DNA from: an uncultured Methanomassiliicoccales archaeon | GTDB taxonomy: Archaea; Thermoplasmatota; Thermoplasmata; SG8-5 | Direction: 5' to 3' | NCBI GenBank assembly: GCA_938004075.1 | Contig: CALKWP010000013.1 | Span: forward strand, 11,734-75,733 | DNA: 64,000 bases | In this document: in pieces, positions 39,226 to 48,760 of the stretch | Layout of the letters: each line of letters opens with the position of its first letter | How positions within the stretch are numbered: position 1 is the stretch's first letter | Made by a program: the position numbers and the translations under genes | The notes under the pieces: model-generated | What the model was told of the DNA's origin: nothing | The model's input: only the letters and a program-made list of their open reading frames with translations | Databases searched by the model: none

Positions 39226-39241
39226 AATAATTGAAGGAGAA

Positions 39242-39262
39242 GGCAGCCCAAATCGGGCTGCC
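39242..39262. terminator. 8-bp hairpin between convergent genes
   Basis: GGCAGCCC-aaatc-GGGCTGCC. Confidence 0.5.
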
Positions 39263-39264
39263 CA

Positions 39265-39579
39265 TTACATTGATTCTTTGGCCTTTCTGATCGTTCCTGA
39301 TGTCGTGACTGTTTTTATCGAGATCTTCAGGCGCTCCTCGCCGACCTCATTCACGGCGCCCAGCAATTCCACCGCCTTATCGCGGTCATGATGGGTACAC
39401 CGGAGTATGCCGCGGTTGTTCTGGAATGCTGTTAGCCACGGGCGTATCTCATCGGACTGGTCGAGCCCCATGCGGCTGGCTATGCGCTGGAATTCCTTGA
39501 TAAGTTCCCATCGCTCGATGGCCCTGGGGGCGTCTATCTCGAATACGATGTACCGGTGCCTGAATTCCCTGACTGCCAT
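39265..39579 (-). CDS. Ribonuclease P protein Pop5/Rpp14
   Basis: RHRYIVFEI, GILRC, TSGTIRKAK. Confidence 0.85.
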   Translation of the reverse strand: MAVREFRHRYIVFEIDAPRAIERWELIKEFQRIASRMGLDQSDEIRPWLTAFQNNRGILRCTHHDRDKAVELLGAVNEVGEERLKISIKTVTTSGTIRKAKESM

Positions 39580-39591
39580 AACGGATCACGG

Positions 39592-40707
39592 TCAGTGGAC
39601 AAAGTCCATTCCGCCGGCGCCGCCCTGAACGTCAGCGCCCATGAGCTGCGGGCTCTTGACGCCGGTGATGACCACCAGTATGTTGACATCGCCTTTTATT
39701 GTGGGGTCAACGGTGCATCCCCAGATTATGCGGGCCTGCGGGCTTATCCTGGCGCTGACGAGCTCGGCAGCTTGCTGGGCCTCGGATATTGTCATGTCCT
39801 CGCCGCCTACAACACGTATCAGCGCGCCTTTGGAGCCTGTAAGATCGATGTCGCCCAATAGGGGTGAATTAAGTGCCTCGCCGACTGCGAGCTCAACGCG
39901 CTCGCGGTCGTCGTTGGATGAGCCAATGCCCACCATTGCCACGCCGCCGTTCTCCATGACGGTCATCAGGTCGCTGTAATCCAGATTGACCAGGCCGGGC
40001 TTGGTGACTATCTCGGTCATGCCCTTTATGGAGTTCATGAGAATCTCATCCGCAACTTTGAATGCCGCGTCAAGAGGCAGTCTCGGCACGAGTTCCAGGA
40101 GCTTGTCGTTCTGGATGACGATGGTCGTGTCGCACTTGTTGCGGAGCTTGTTGAGACCCTTTATGGCGTTCTCCATCCTCAAGCGGCCTTCTGCCTTGAA
40201 GGGAAGTGTAACAACGCCCATGACCAGTGCGCCCTGCTCCTTGGCGATTTCGGCAACCACGGACGCCGAGCCGGTGCCTGTGCCCCCGCCCATTCCGGCG
40301 GTGACGAAAACTATGTGCGCGCCTTCCAGGTATGCCCTTATCTCGTCCTCGTTCTCCCTGGATGCCTGCTCTCCGACCTCGGGAAGCGCACCGGCGCCCA
40401 GGCCCTTCGTGGCCCTTCTTCCAATGAGCATCTTCTTGGGAGCGTGTACGTGCAGAAGGTGAGTCGCATCGGTGTTGATGGCCATCATCTGTGCGCCGAC
40501 AACGCCGGTCTCTGTGAGGCGGTTCACGGTGTTCGAGCCGCCGCCGCCGCAACCAACGATCTTGACGTTTATCCTCAAGGCCTCGACGAGCTTCTTGAGC
40601 TCCTCATCATCCGGGCTCTCGTTGTAAATGCCAGATGATATCTTAACCTCTTGGACTTTCTTGTGTTCATCATGCCGTGCCAAAGCTTCTTCTATTATCG
40701 ATTTCAT
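39592..40707 (-). CDS. ftsZ: Cell division protein FtsZ
   Basis: VGCGGGGSN, NTD, GMGGGTGTG, GLVNLDYSD. Confidence 0.97.
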   Translation of the reverse strand: MKSIIEEALARHDEHKKVQEVKISSGIYNESPDDEELKKLVEALRINVKIVGCGGGGSNTVNRLTETGVVGAQMMAINTDATHLLHVHAPKKMLIGRRATKGLGAGALPEVGEQASRENEDEIRAYLEGAHIVFVTAGMGGGTGTGSASVVAEIAKEQGALVMGVVTLPFKAEGRLRMENAIKGLNKLRNKCDTTIVIQNDKLLELVPRLPLDAAFKVADEILMNSIKGMTEIVTKPGLVNLDYSDLMTVMENGGVAMVGIGSSNDDRERVELAVGEALNSPLLGDIDLTGSKGALIRVVGGEDMTISEAQQAAELVSARISPQARIIWGCTVDPTIKGDVNILVVITGVKSPQLMGADVQGGAGGMDFVH

Positions 40708-40814
40708 GTAATTCCCATCCCTGTGAATTATTTAAACCAGTAATGTGTTTCGGCTATTTAAAATTTAGCTGTGTATATATTAACCGCCGAAAAGATTGTT
40801 TTGGGGCTACTGGC

Positions 40815-41801
40815 TCAGGCAATTTCATCAAAAACGTAATTGCTCCATGACCGGGTTCCGACCAATATCTCGGCCTCCGGCGGAGTCAGAATCGGCACAG
40901 GAAATGCCGCATAATCATCCAGGGCAAGGCGCGGGCAGGCCGTCGAAACCCAGGCATCGAGGCCGAGGTTCTGGAGCTTTCCCGGGGTGACAAGGTCCAT
41001 CTCAACGAGGACATTTTCAAGACCTGCATCAGAGAGCAGCTTGCTTATCCGATGCGCGGCGGCCGCGCGCCTCTGTCCCTGCTTGGCTGAAACAATGATG
41101 CCGAAACTCTTCGCAGCCCTGGCCCTCTCGATGGCTGCGTGCCTCTGCCTGAGCATCCTGTCCCTGGCGGGTGCCATGTCCCTGACTTCCCCGGTCACCG
41201 GGTCGGCTGCAATGACTGATTTTGAGGTGGACAGTGCAATGGCGAGCGGGTGAAAATCCCCTGTGCCGACAAAAAGGAAGCCGTCCACATCATCGGATAT
41301 CGACGTGGCGCTGGACGCATTGCACCCGAGAACCTGGCCGTCCGAGTATATCCGCGAGTCTCCTTTCCCCACATAGACCTCGATGCCCCTGGATTTCAGG
41401 AAATCCATCATGTCGGCAAGGAGGTGGATGTGCTGGACGGTCGTCAGCAGCCCGGTGCGGCCGCGCAGGTCGGGCAACGCTGCCTCCAGAACCGGCGTCG
41501 GGTCCGCGCCGGACCTGGCTTGGATGTAGAGAACGCTGGCCGGCGTTTTCAAGCAAGGAATCGGAAGATGGCCGTAATGCACCACAAGGTCCGCGCCGTT
41601 GTTCGGGATGTCGCAGGCGCCGAAGCATGGCTCGCCGGATATGATGACCACGGCATCCACTCGGGACGATATTGCCGCCGCGACTGCCGGCGCCTGCCTC
41701 TTCAGGCCTTCCGGGAACTGCAGCAGAACCGTATGGCAATGGCGGTCCCTGATGGTCTTCACGACCCTGTCCAGCTCGAAATCGAAGTCTTCCTGCATCA
41801 C
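40815..41801 (-). CDS. dph2: Diphthamide biosynthesis radical enzyme Dph2
   Basis: LQFPEGLK, PCFGACD, GQVLGCN, GDFHP, TACPR. Confidence 0.93.
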   Translation of the reverse strand: MMQEDFDFELDRVVKTIRDRHCHTVLLQFPEGLKRQAPAVAAAISSRVDAVVIISGEPCFGACDIPNNGADLVVHYGHLPIPCLKTPASVLYIQARSGADPTPVLEAALPDLRGRTGLLTTVQHIHLLADMMDFLKSRGIEVYVGKGDSRIYSDGQVLGCNASSATSISDDVDGFLFVGTGDFHPLAIALSTSKSVIAADPVTGEVRDMAPARDRMLRQRHAAIERARAAKSFGIIVSAKQGQRRAAAAHRISKLLSDAGLENVLVEMDLVTPGKLQNLGLDAWVSTACPRLALDDYAAFPVPILTPPEAEILVGTRSWSNYVFDEIA

Positions 41802-42943
41802 AGCTCACCCAGTACTTTCTCCAGCTCCCCGAAAAGGCCATCTATTGAGGATCTGGTCACGTGGGGCATCATCACCAGTCTCAAGCTGGGCGGATTCCTG
41901 GCTACCGAGACTTTCCAGCCGCGGCCATCCAGCATCCTCTGGACCTTCTTCGGGTCCGGAACGTAGAGGCAGAGAATGTTCATGACCGGCTCGATAACCG
42001 GATCCAGGCCGAGCTTGTGGGCCTTTCCGAGAGCGTAGCCAGTAACATCCATGCATTCCCTGACGATATTCAGATAACCTTCACGGCCAAGTGCCCGCAT
42101 TGCTGCGTAGGATGCGGCGACCGCTGCGCTGCACCTCGTGCCAGACAGGGCGGAAAGCTGGCCCAGCATGTCCAGGTAGGGCGCGTCCTTGTGAATGGTC
42201 CTGAACCACTCCCTGTCCCTGACCAGCAGCGCGCCGGAAGGGACGGTCGCCATGCCCATTTTGTGCGGGTCCGCGGCTATGCTGGAAACGCCCGGCACCG
42301 AGAAATCGAAGTCCGGAGTTTTATGCCCCAGCTCTCTCAGGAATGGAAGCACGAAACCGCCGAAGGCCGCATCCACGTGCAGGAATGTTTTTTCCGGCAG
42401 AATCTCCGAGATGGCCCTGATGTCGTCCACAGCGCCCAGCTCGGTTGTGCCGGCTATTCCCACCACCGCGGCAACATCGTCGCCAAGAACACTGGAAAGC
42501 CGGTCGATGTCCATTGCATAATCCGGGCCCATGGGGACCATTACCGGCTCCATGGCCAGTATGTCGCAGGCCTTGTGGAACGAGAAATGGGCGCTTGCAG
42601 GAAATACCACTTTTTTCTTCTTCGTGATGTTCCTGGCCATCCAGAGCGCCGTGATGTTGGCTTCGGTGCCGCCGCTCACCACGCCGCCCGCGATATTCTC
42701 ATCCGCTCCAAGAAGCTGGCCTATCGCAGCAACCACCTGCTTCTCCAAGTCCAGGGTGCCCGGATAGAGGCCCGCATTGCCCAGGTTGGATTCTATGAAC
42801 ATTGAGTGCGCTTCCGCCGCTATGTCCAGGGGCTTCGTGCACATTGAGCTGATGACATGGCCATCGCCGAAATGATGGTCCTTCGAGCGCGCGGCCTCCA
42901 GTTCCACCATTATCTTCTCCCTTGGAATGCCTTTCCGCCACAT
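41798..42943 (-). CDS. mfnA: PLP-dependent L-tyrosine/L-aspartate decarboxylase
   Basis: SSMCTKP, SGGTEANI, AHFSF, HVDAAFGG, DPHKMG. Confidence 0.88.
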   Translation of the reverse strand: MWRKGIPREKIMVELEAARSKDHHFGDGHVISSMCTKPLDIAAEAHSMFIESNLGNAGLYPGTLDLEKQVVAAIGQLLGADENIAGGVVSGGTEANITALWMARNITKKKKVVFPASAHFSFHKACDILAMEPVMVPMGPDYAMDIDRLSSVLGDDVAAVVGIAGTTELGAVDDIRAISEILPEKTFLHVDAAFGGFVLPFLRELGHKTPDFDFSVPGVSSIAADPHKMGMATVPSGALLVRDREWFRTIHKDAPYLDMLGQLSALSGTRCSAAVAASYAAMRALGREGYLNIVRECMDVTGYALGKAHKLGLDPVIEPVMNILCLYVPDPKKVQRMLDGRGWKVSVARNPPSLRLVMMPHVTRSSIDGLFGELEKVLGEL

Positions 42944-42944
42944 C

Positions 42945-44600
42945 TCACTTCCTCCCCTGTTCCAACAGCATGCGCTTCTCAACCGATGCGACTATGTGCT
43001 TCACAGTGCCCAGCTCCGACGCGCCAACGCAGATTATGTCGGCACCGTTCCTCACCAGGAACTCCAGCATGCTTGGGATTGACGTCATGTCATCGGAAAG
43101 TATCGAGAGCATGCCCGGCTTATTCCGCAGCGCGTTCTCGAGCGCGCTTTCCAGCGCCGGAACAGTGTGCAGCATCCAGTCGGTTCCCTCGCCCCCGCCG
43201 AGCATCAGCTTAGCCAGCGAATCCAGGTCCAGCGCCATGACGTCCGCGTTCTTTGCCAGTGAGTCCATGAAGAAAAGATTGCTGGGGTACATTATGCGCA
43301 CCCATATCTCGGGCTGCGACGCTTCCCCGGATGACGCGCGAATGGCCGCAACGACCTTCGCCAGTTCATTGGCGCTGCGGATGCCTGGTATCAGAATCCC
43401 GGGCCGCATGCCGCTGTCCGATATTATTTTGAGAGATGCAGCCAGGCGGTCAAGCGTTTGCTTTGAGGCGTCGCCTAGTTCTATGACCATGACGCCAGAA
43501 CTCAGGCGGCGCTTGGCTTCAGTGGCCATTGCGGTTATGCCGGATTGCCAGTTGTTATCGGTCAGGATATTCCCGGTGACCAGTATCCCGTCCACAAAGG
43601 AGTCGCCGGCTGCCGCTATATGCGCTGAAGAACTGGCGCTCAGGAACATCCTGGTGGCGATGACTGGGCCTGTTGGCGCCGCGATTTTTTGAGGCAATAC
43701 CGGTTCCAGAAGGCTGATGCTCCTCTCCCTGGGCGGGATTCCCGGCTCGGACACCGGGTCTGACATGAGAATGGCCGCGCAGACGAGCGGATGGGATGAA
43801 ACGAAGCAAACCGTGCATGAGGATACGGCTGGATGCTGGCTCATGAAGTAATTGATATCCGCAAGCTGAGCAAGCATGTCCCCGCTCAGTTTTTCCTCGC
43901 CGGCGAAATCCCCGGATATCCTGACCCTGGATGGTCCCTGCTCCCTCATCACGTATTGAAAATCCTGGGGCCGCATCTCCATCCTGTCAAGCTTGCCTTC
44001 CGGGGTGAAGCTGTAAATATCGCTTGACACGACCGGGTCGTGCAGCCCCTCCGGCAGCCCGAACACCGCCCTGGCCTGTATATCGCCGGATTTGCGCCTC
44101 ATCTCCATGGAAACTTCCGATTCAATCACTTCCTTCACAATAACCGCGGGCATGTCCCTGTCCAGCTTGTCCAATCCGGTCCGGAGCCATTTCACCCAGC
44201 AATGCTTGACTGCGTCCAGAAGGTCCTGGCCCCCCGCAGCGTACACGGGAGATTGACCGGCCCCATACCTGGAACTGGTGGTGACTGAAGCAATCGAACC
44301 CAATTCGCCGAATGCCTCCAGTATCTCCATCTCATGGGCCCAGTTTATCCGGGACGAGGCGAACGCCGCTTTCACGGTGCGCCATCCCTCGTCCGGGGTT
44401 TCGCTTCCGGCCTTGAACATGGCCAGCGCGGACTTGACACCTTCATTGCCAAGGAACTCGGAGAAAACGAGCGGTGTGATGACGAAGCCCCTGGCGACCG
44501 GAAAGCCGGCCTGCGCGAAGGACGCCATCCCTGCGCCTAGCGAGCCCGCAGCGGACTCGTTTAGACAACCGATATCGCTGAAACTCATCACGCTTGTCAT
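42945..44600 (-). CDS. Degenerate PEP synthase-like protein (probable pseudoenzyme)
   Basis: AGFPVARGFVIT, AVKHCW, AVFGLPEG..D, IATRMFL and YPSN resemble PpsA N- and C-terminal domains. Catalytic motifs are altered and the phospho-His domain is absent. Confidence 0.7.
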   Translation of the reverse strand: MTSVMSFSDIGCLNESAAGSLGAGMASFAQAGFPVARGFVITPLVFSEFLGNEGVKSALAMFKAGSETPDEGWRTVKAAFASSRINWAHEMEILEAFGELGSIASVTTSSRYGAGQSPVYAAGGQDLLDAVKHCWVKWLRTGLDKLDRDMPAVIVKEVIESEVSMEMRRKSGDIQARAVFGLPEGLHDPVVSSDIYSFTPEGKLDRMEMRPQDFQYVMREQGPSRVRISGDFAGEEKLSGDMLAQLADINYFMSQHPAVSSCTVCFVSSHPLVCAAILMSDPVSEPGIPPRERSISLLEPVLPQKIAAPTGPVIATRMFLSASSSAHIAAAGDSFVDGILVTGNILTDNNWQSGITAMATEAKRRLSSGVMVIELGDASKQTLDRLAASLKIISDSGMRPGILIPGIRSANELAKVVAAIRASSGEASQPEIWVRIMYPSNLFFMDSLAKNADVMALDLDSLAKLMLGGGEGTDWMLHTVPALESALENALRNKPGMLSILSDDMTSIPSMLEFLVRNGADIICVGASELGTVKHIVASVEKRMLLEQGRK

Positions 44601-44670
44601 TGCACAACCTTAAGGTTCCTCCGGTAAAAAACATTTTGTAATCCGACAACATGGGTGTCTTGGTGTGAAA

Positions 44671-45453
44671 ATGAAATACAAAAGCATCGAAACAATCATC
44701 GAGAACGGCATCGCCACAGCCACGCTGGCGACCCCGGACAACATGAACGCCCTGGGCGAGGCCATGTCCCTGGAGCTGGAGCATTTCCTAATCGAATGCC
44801 AGGAAAGCGATTCAGTGAAAGTCATCATAATCACGGGGAAAGGAAAGGCGTTCTGCGCCGGGGGAAATGTAAAAGCAATGGCCGATGCTGAAGACCCTGA
44901 GACCTTCCTTGCCGAATTATCGGGATGGATCCACAAACCTGTTCATCGCATCCAGACCATGGAGAAGATTGTTATTGCGGCAGTTAACGGCCATGCTGTT
45001 GGAGCGGGCGCAGCGCTGGCGATGGCCTGCGACCTGCGGTATGCCTCCAGGGCCGCAAAATTCAACATGGGCTTCATGAAGATCGGCCTGGCTCCGGGCT
45101 GCGGCACTTACTTCCTGCCAAAGCTGGTCGGCAAGGCAAGAGCCGGTGAATTGATCTACCTCAGCGAGACTATCGATGCCGATGCCGCGGAAAAATTTGG
45201 GCTGGTCAATCATGCCGTGGAACCAGAGGAGCTCATGCCGATTGTGATCAAAGCTGCCGAGAGCATCGCCAAAGGGCCGACGCTGGCCATCGGCCGCGCC
45301 AAAACCCTGCTGCGGCTGAGCGAGAATAGCAGGCTGGAGGAGCATCTGGCAGCGGAGCGGCATATGATTTCCATCTCAGGGGCGACGGGGGACTTCCGGG
45401 AAGGCGTTAACGCTTTCACCGAAAAGCGGGAGCCGAAATTTGCCGGGCGTTAA
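44671..45453 (+). CDS. Enoyl-CoA hydratase/isomerase family
   Basis: AFCAGGNV, AVNGHAVGAG, ACDLR, EGVNAFTEKREPKF. Confidence 0.9.
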   Translation: MKYKSIETIIENGIATATLATPDNMNALGEAMSLELEHFLIECQESDSVKVIIITGKGKAFCAGGNVKAMADAEDPETFLAELSGWIHKPVHRIQTMEKIVIAAVNGHAVGAGAALAMACDLRYASRAAKFNMGFMKIGLAPGCGTYFLPKLVGKARAGELIYLSETIDADAAEKFGLVNHAVEPEELMPIVIKAAESIAKGPTLAIGRAKTLLRLSENSRLEEHLAAERHMISISGATGDFREGVNAFTEKREPKFAGR

Positions 45454-47255
45454 TACCCGAGTTTCTTCGCCTCGTCCTCAGCTTGTCTCACCATTCCATC
45501 CAGCAAGTCCAGCCCGTTCTGCCAGAACTCCGGCTTGGTGATGTCCAGACCCATCTTGGCCATGAGGTTCTTCGGGTAGTCCGAGCCGCCGGCTGCCAGC
45601 ATGTCAAGGTATTTCGGCACGAATGGCTGGCCCTGCTTGCGGTACTGCTCATAGAGGGAGAGGACCATCAGCTCGCCGAATGAGTAAGCGTAAGTGTAGA
45701 ACGGGTAGTGAACAAAGTGGAGCACGTACGACCACCAGAGGCCGTACTCATCCGTCATCTCGACCGAGTTGCCGAACATCCACTTGTTCTCTTCCAGCCA
45801 TATCTTGTGGATTTCCTCAGGTTTCAGCTCGCCCTGCTCGCGCCTTGCCTTGTGGAGACGGGTCTCGAACCGGTTCATCATTATCTGGCGCATTACTGTT
45901 GCGAACGTTCCTTCAATCTTCCCGCAGAGCAGGTTCAGGCGCTTCTTGGGGTCCTTCTCCTTGGCCAGGATGTCGTTGAACAGTATCATCTCGCCGAATA
46001 TGCTTGCTGTTTCAGCCATGCACAGCGAAGTGTCCATGAGAAGGTCGCCCTGCTGCCTTGCCAGGTACTGGTGTATGCCGTGGCCCATCTCGTGCGCCAT
46101 CGTGGAGGCGTCGCTCAGGGTGTCCGTGTAGTTCAGCATGATGTAAGGGTGATGGTCTGATGCGGTGCTCGCTGAGAACGCGCCGCCCTCCTTGCCCTGC
46201 CTCGGGTCGGCGTCAATCCAGCCCTTCTCGAAGAATTGCTTGGCTATCTCGCCGGATTTCGGGCTGAAGGACGAGTATGCGGCAATGGTCATGGCCTTGG
46301 CGGTTTCGTAGTCGCACGGCTCCTCTTCCTGGGTGATCGGGCAGTATCGGTCGTAATCCTTGAGTTTCTTGATTCCGAGCAATTTCGCCTTCAGCTTGTA
46401 ATACCTGGCCACCATGGCGACGTTCTTGTCCACCGCGGTTTTCAGGCTCTCGACTGTTTCATCGTCCACTTCATTGGCCAGGTTCCTCTTCTTGGCCGGG
46501 TGCGGGAATTTCCTGAATTCATCTTCAGTGGCATGGGCCTGAACGAGAGTGTTGAATATGTAAGTCAGCAGGTCCATGTTGGCCTCCAGCGCCTGCGTGA
46601 CGCCTTTGTGGGCCGCCTTCCTCTTGTCCCGGTCCGGGTGGAAGAGCAGTGCCAGCGCGCCGTCCATGGGCATCTCCTGGGTCTTGCCGTCGATTTTCAC
46701 TTTGACTTTGGTCTTGCCCATAGTCTCGTCGAAGAGCCGGACGAACGCCTGGCGGCCGGAAAGCTCGAGCGCGCTCATGAGCTTTTCTTCAGCTTCAGAA
46801 AGCTGGTGGGGTTTCATAAGCCGCTTCGCCTCCAGGAGGTGCTTGTACTTTGCAAGCTCGGGGGAATCCATCAGCTTCTTGGCGGCAGAATCATCAACCG
46901 CGCACCAGGCAAGTTCGACGAAAATCATATGGCGCTCTGCTTTTACCATGAGTTCCATGAGAGCCTGCTTCAGGGCTGCAATGTCCTTGTCGGTGGTGTT
47001 CTGGGCGGACCTCAGGTGAGCGTAGTAAACCGGCTTGCGGATTTCTCTTGTTATGGCTTCCAGTTCCTTCACAAGCTCCAGCAATTGCCCCGGCTTTATG
47101 GATGAGTTCAGCATCGGCCGGTACTTGGATTCGAATGCCTCGGCCTTTTTCACGGCCGCCGCCATCTGGCTTTTAACTTTGTCATGATTCAGAGACGGAC
47201 ATATTTCCTCAAAATTCCATTCAATTCCCTTTGCGCTGGATTGTGTTTCGCCCAT
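45450..47255 (-). CDS. pepF: Oligoendopeptidase F (M3B)
   Basis: GKEGGAFS, HEMGHGIH, AETAS, HYPFYTYAY. Confidence 0.9.
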   Translation of the reverse strand: MGETQSSAKGIEWNFEEICPSLNHDKVKSQMAAAVKKAEAFESKYRPMLNSSIKPGQLLELVKELEAITREIRKPVYYAHLRSAQNTTDKDIAALKQALMELMVKAERHMIFVELAWCAVDDSAAKKLMDSPELAKYKHLLEAKRLMKPHQLSEAEEKLMSALELSGRQAFVRLFDETMGKTKVKVKIDGKTQEMPMDGALALLFHPDRDKRKAAHKGVTQALEANMDLLTYIFNTLVQAHATEDEFRKFPHPAKKRNLANEVDDETVESLKTAVDKNVAMVARYYKLKAKLLGIKKLKDYDRYCPITQEEEPCDYETAKAMTIAAYSSFSPKSGEIAKQFFEKGWIDADPRQGKEGGAFSASTASDHHPYIMLNYTDTLSDASTMAHEMGHGIHQYLARQQGDLLMDTSLCMAETASIFGEMILFNDILAKEKDPKKRLNLLCGKIEGTFATVMRQIMMNRFETRLHKARREQGELKPEEIHKIWLEENKWMFGNSVEMTDEYGLWWSYVLHFVHYPFYTYAYSFGELMVLSLYEQYRKQGQPFVPKYLDMLAAGGSDYPKNLMAKMGLDITKPEFWQNGLDLLDGMVRQAEDEAKKLGY

Positions 47256-47366
47256 TTTCTTTCACCAAGGATGGGGATAAGGAAGTGGATTAATAATTTA
47301 ACCGTAGTTTATTCATCAAAATCTGAGCGCAGTTGCGGTTCTGGGATTATGCTGATTCTTGCAACC

Positions 47367-47801
47367 TCACGCCTGCTCGGACAGCCAATCTTTCAGATTC
47401 TGAACCGCCGATTCCCTCTTGGCCGGGTATGCCGCCACTTTCATCCGAACGTCAATCACATCCTTCCCGGTTGCCAGCGCTAGCTCCTCCAGGTATGCCT
47501 TCTGCTTGTCCAATCTGAAATGGAAGGCGCAGCCATCATCTGTTCGGGCATCCACCTGTCCCTCGAGACTGGTAAGAATTCCGGAAGCGCGGAGGCGCTC
47601 CAGGAACCGGTTCATCTGCCCGGATTTTGCCATCTCTATCTCGAAAACAGAGATTGGATTGCCGAAATGGCCCTCGGTCCTGGTGATTGCGATTTCCTCG
47701 ATTCCGGAAGCGAATTGCATCGCCTTGAGCACGCGTTCTTCCACTTCCGTTGCCTGGGAGAAGGCGCGCAAACGTATGCCGAGGAACTTGATGCCTGCCA
47801 T
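47367..47801 (-). CDS. Archaeal RNA-binding protein (DUF54-like family)
   Basis: FSQATEVEERV, EGHFGNPI, RLDKQKAY. Confidence 0.75.
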   Translation of the reverse strand: MAGIKFLGIRLRAFSQATEVEERVLKAMQFASGIEEIAITRTEGHFGNPISVFEIEMAKSGQMNRFLERLRASGILTSLEGQVDARTDDGCAFHFRLDKQKAYLEELALATGKDVIDVRMKVAAYPAKRESAVQNLKDWLSEQA

Positions 47802-47900
47802 CGGACGCATGATGATATAATGAATGAAATAACTATCCATTATAGGCACAATTGGCGATATAATTATTAATGGAACGGCATTCCTCCCCCGGTGCTTTGA

Positions 47901-48464
47901 ATGATTGAAGTAAGATTTCACGGCAGGGGGGGGCAGGGCGCGGTCATTGCCTCCAATATTCTTGCGGAAGCTGCGTTCATAGAAGGAAAAGAGGTATCTG
48001 CCTTCCCATTCTTCGGAGTGGAGAGAAGGGGAGCCCCGGTTACGGCGTACACCAGGATTGACGCCGACAAGATTCGCAATAAATCCGGCATCTACGCGCC
48101 AGATTTCGTTGTGGTCATGGACCCGTCGCTGCTGGTCGCGGTCAACATAGTCGAGGGGCTGAAGCCCAGTGGCCAGGTGCTGCTCAACACCAGGGCGGAC
48201 CCGGCAAAGCTCCGGGCGAACCTCGGACTCACTGACAATCAGATTCTATCAACGGTTCTGGCCACCGACATCGCGATAAAGCACAGGCTGGGCAGCAAAG
48301 CCGCCCCGATTGTAAACAGCTCCGTTCTGGGGGCTTTTTCCAAAGTCTCCGGAGTCGTCGGAATAGACTCCCTGGTTGAGGCCATCAAGAACAACGTTCC
48401 GATAAAGATCGAGGAGAACGTTGCGGCAGCGAAGGAAGCTTACGATTCGGTGGTGGTACATTGA
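47901..48464 (+). CDS. porC: Pyruvate/2-oxoacid:ferredoxin oxidoreductase gamma subunit
   Basis: EVRFHGRGGQGAV, FGVERRGAPV. Confidence 0.92.
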   Translation: MIEVRFHGRGGQGAVIASNILAEAAFIEGKEVSAFPFFGVERRGAPVTAYTRIDADKIRNKSGIYAPDFVVVMDPSLLVAVNIVEGLKPSGQVLLNTRADPAKLRANLGLTDNQILSTVLATDIAIKHRLGSKAAPIVNSSVLGAFSKVSGVVGIDSLVEAIKNNVPIKIEENVAAAKEAYDSVVVH

Positions 48465-48760
48465 CGAAAGAACAGCTGAAAGGCACCTACAAGACCTACC
48501 AGGATTTGCCGCTGACCCCGGTGACCAGCGTCAATTCCGCGGCGAATCGCACCGGATTCTGGAAGACGTTCAAGCCGGTGCTGGACCCGGAGAAATGCAT
48601 CAAATGCGGCATCTGCTGGAAATTCTGCCCGGACGTTGCCGTCAAGATGAAGCCAGGCGAGCTGCCGACATTCGACCTGGAGCATTGCAAGGGCTGCGGA
48701 ATCTGCGCCAACGAGTGCCCCAAGAAAGCGATCACGATGGTCATGGAAGGTGATGTCTGA
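48461..48760 (+). CDS. porD: Pyruvate/2-oxoacid:ferredoxin oxidoreductase delta subunit
   Basis: TGFWK..KP, CIKCGICWKFCP, CKGCGICANECP; TTG start. Confidence 0.9.
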   Translation: MTKEQLKGTYKTYQDLPLTPVTSVNSAANRTGFWKTFKPVLDPEKCIKCGICWKFCPDVAVKMKPGELPTFDLEHCKGCGICANECPKKAITMVMEGDV

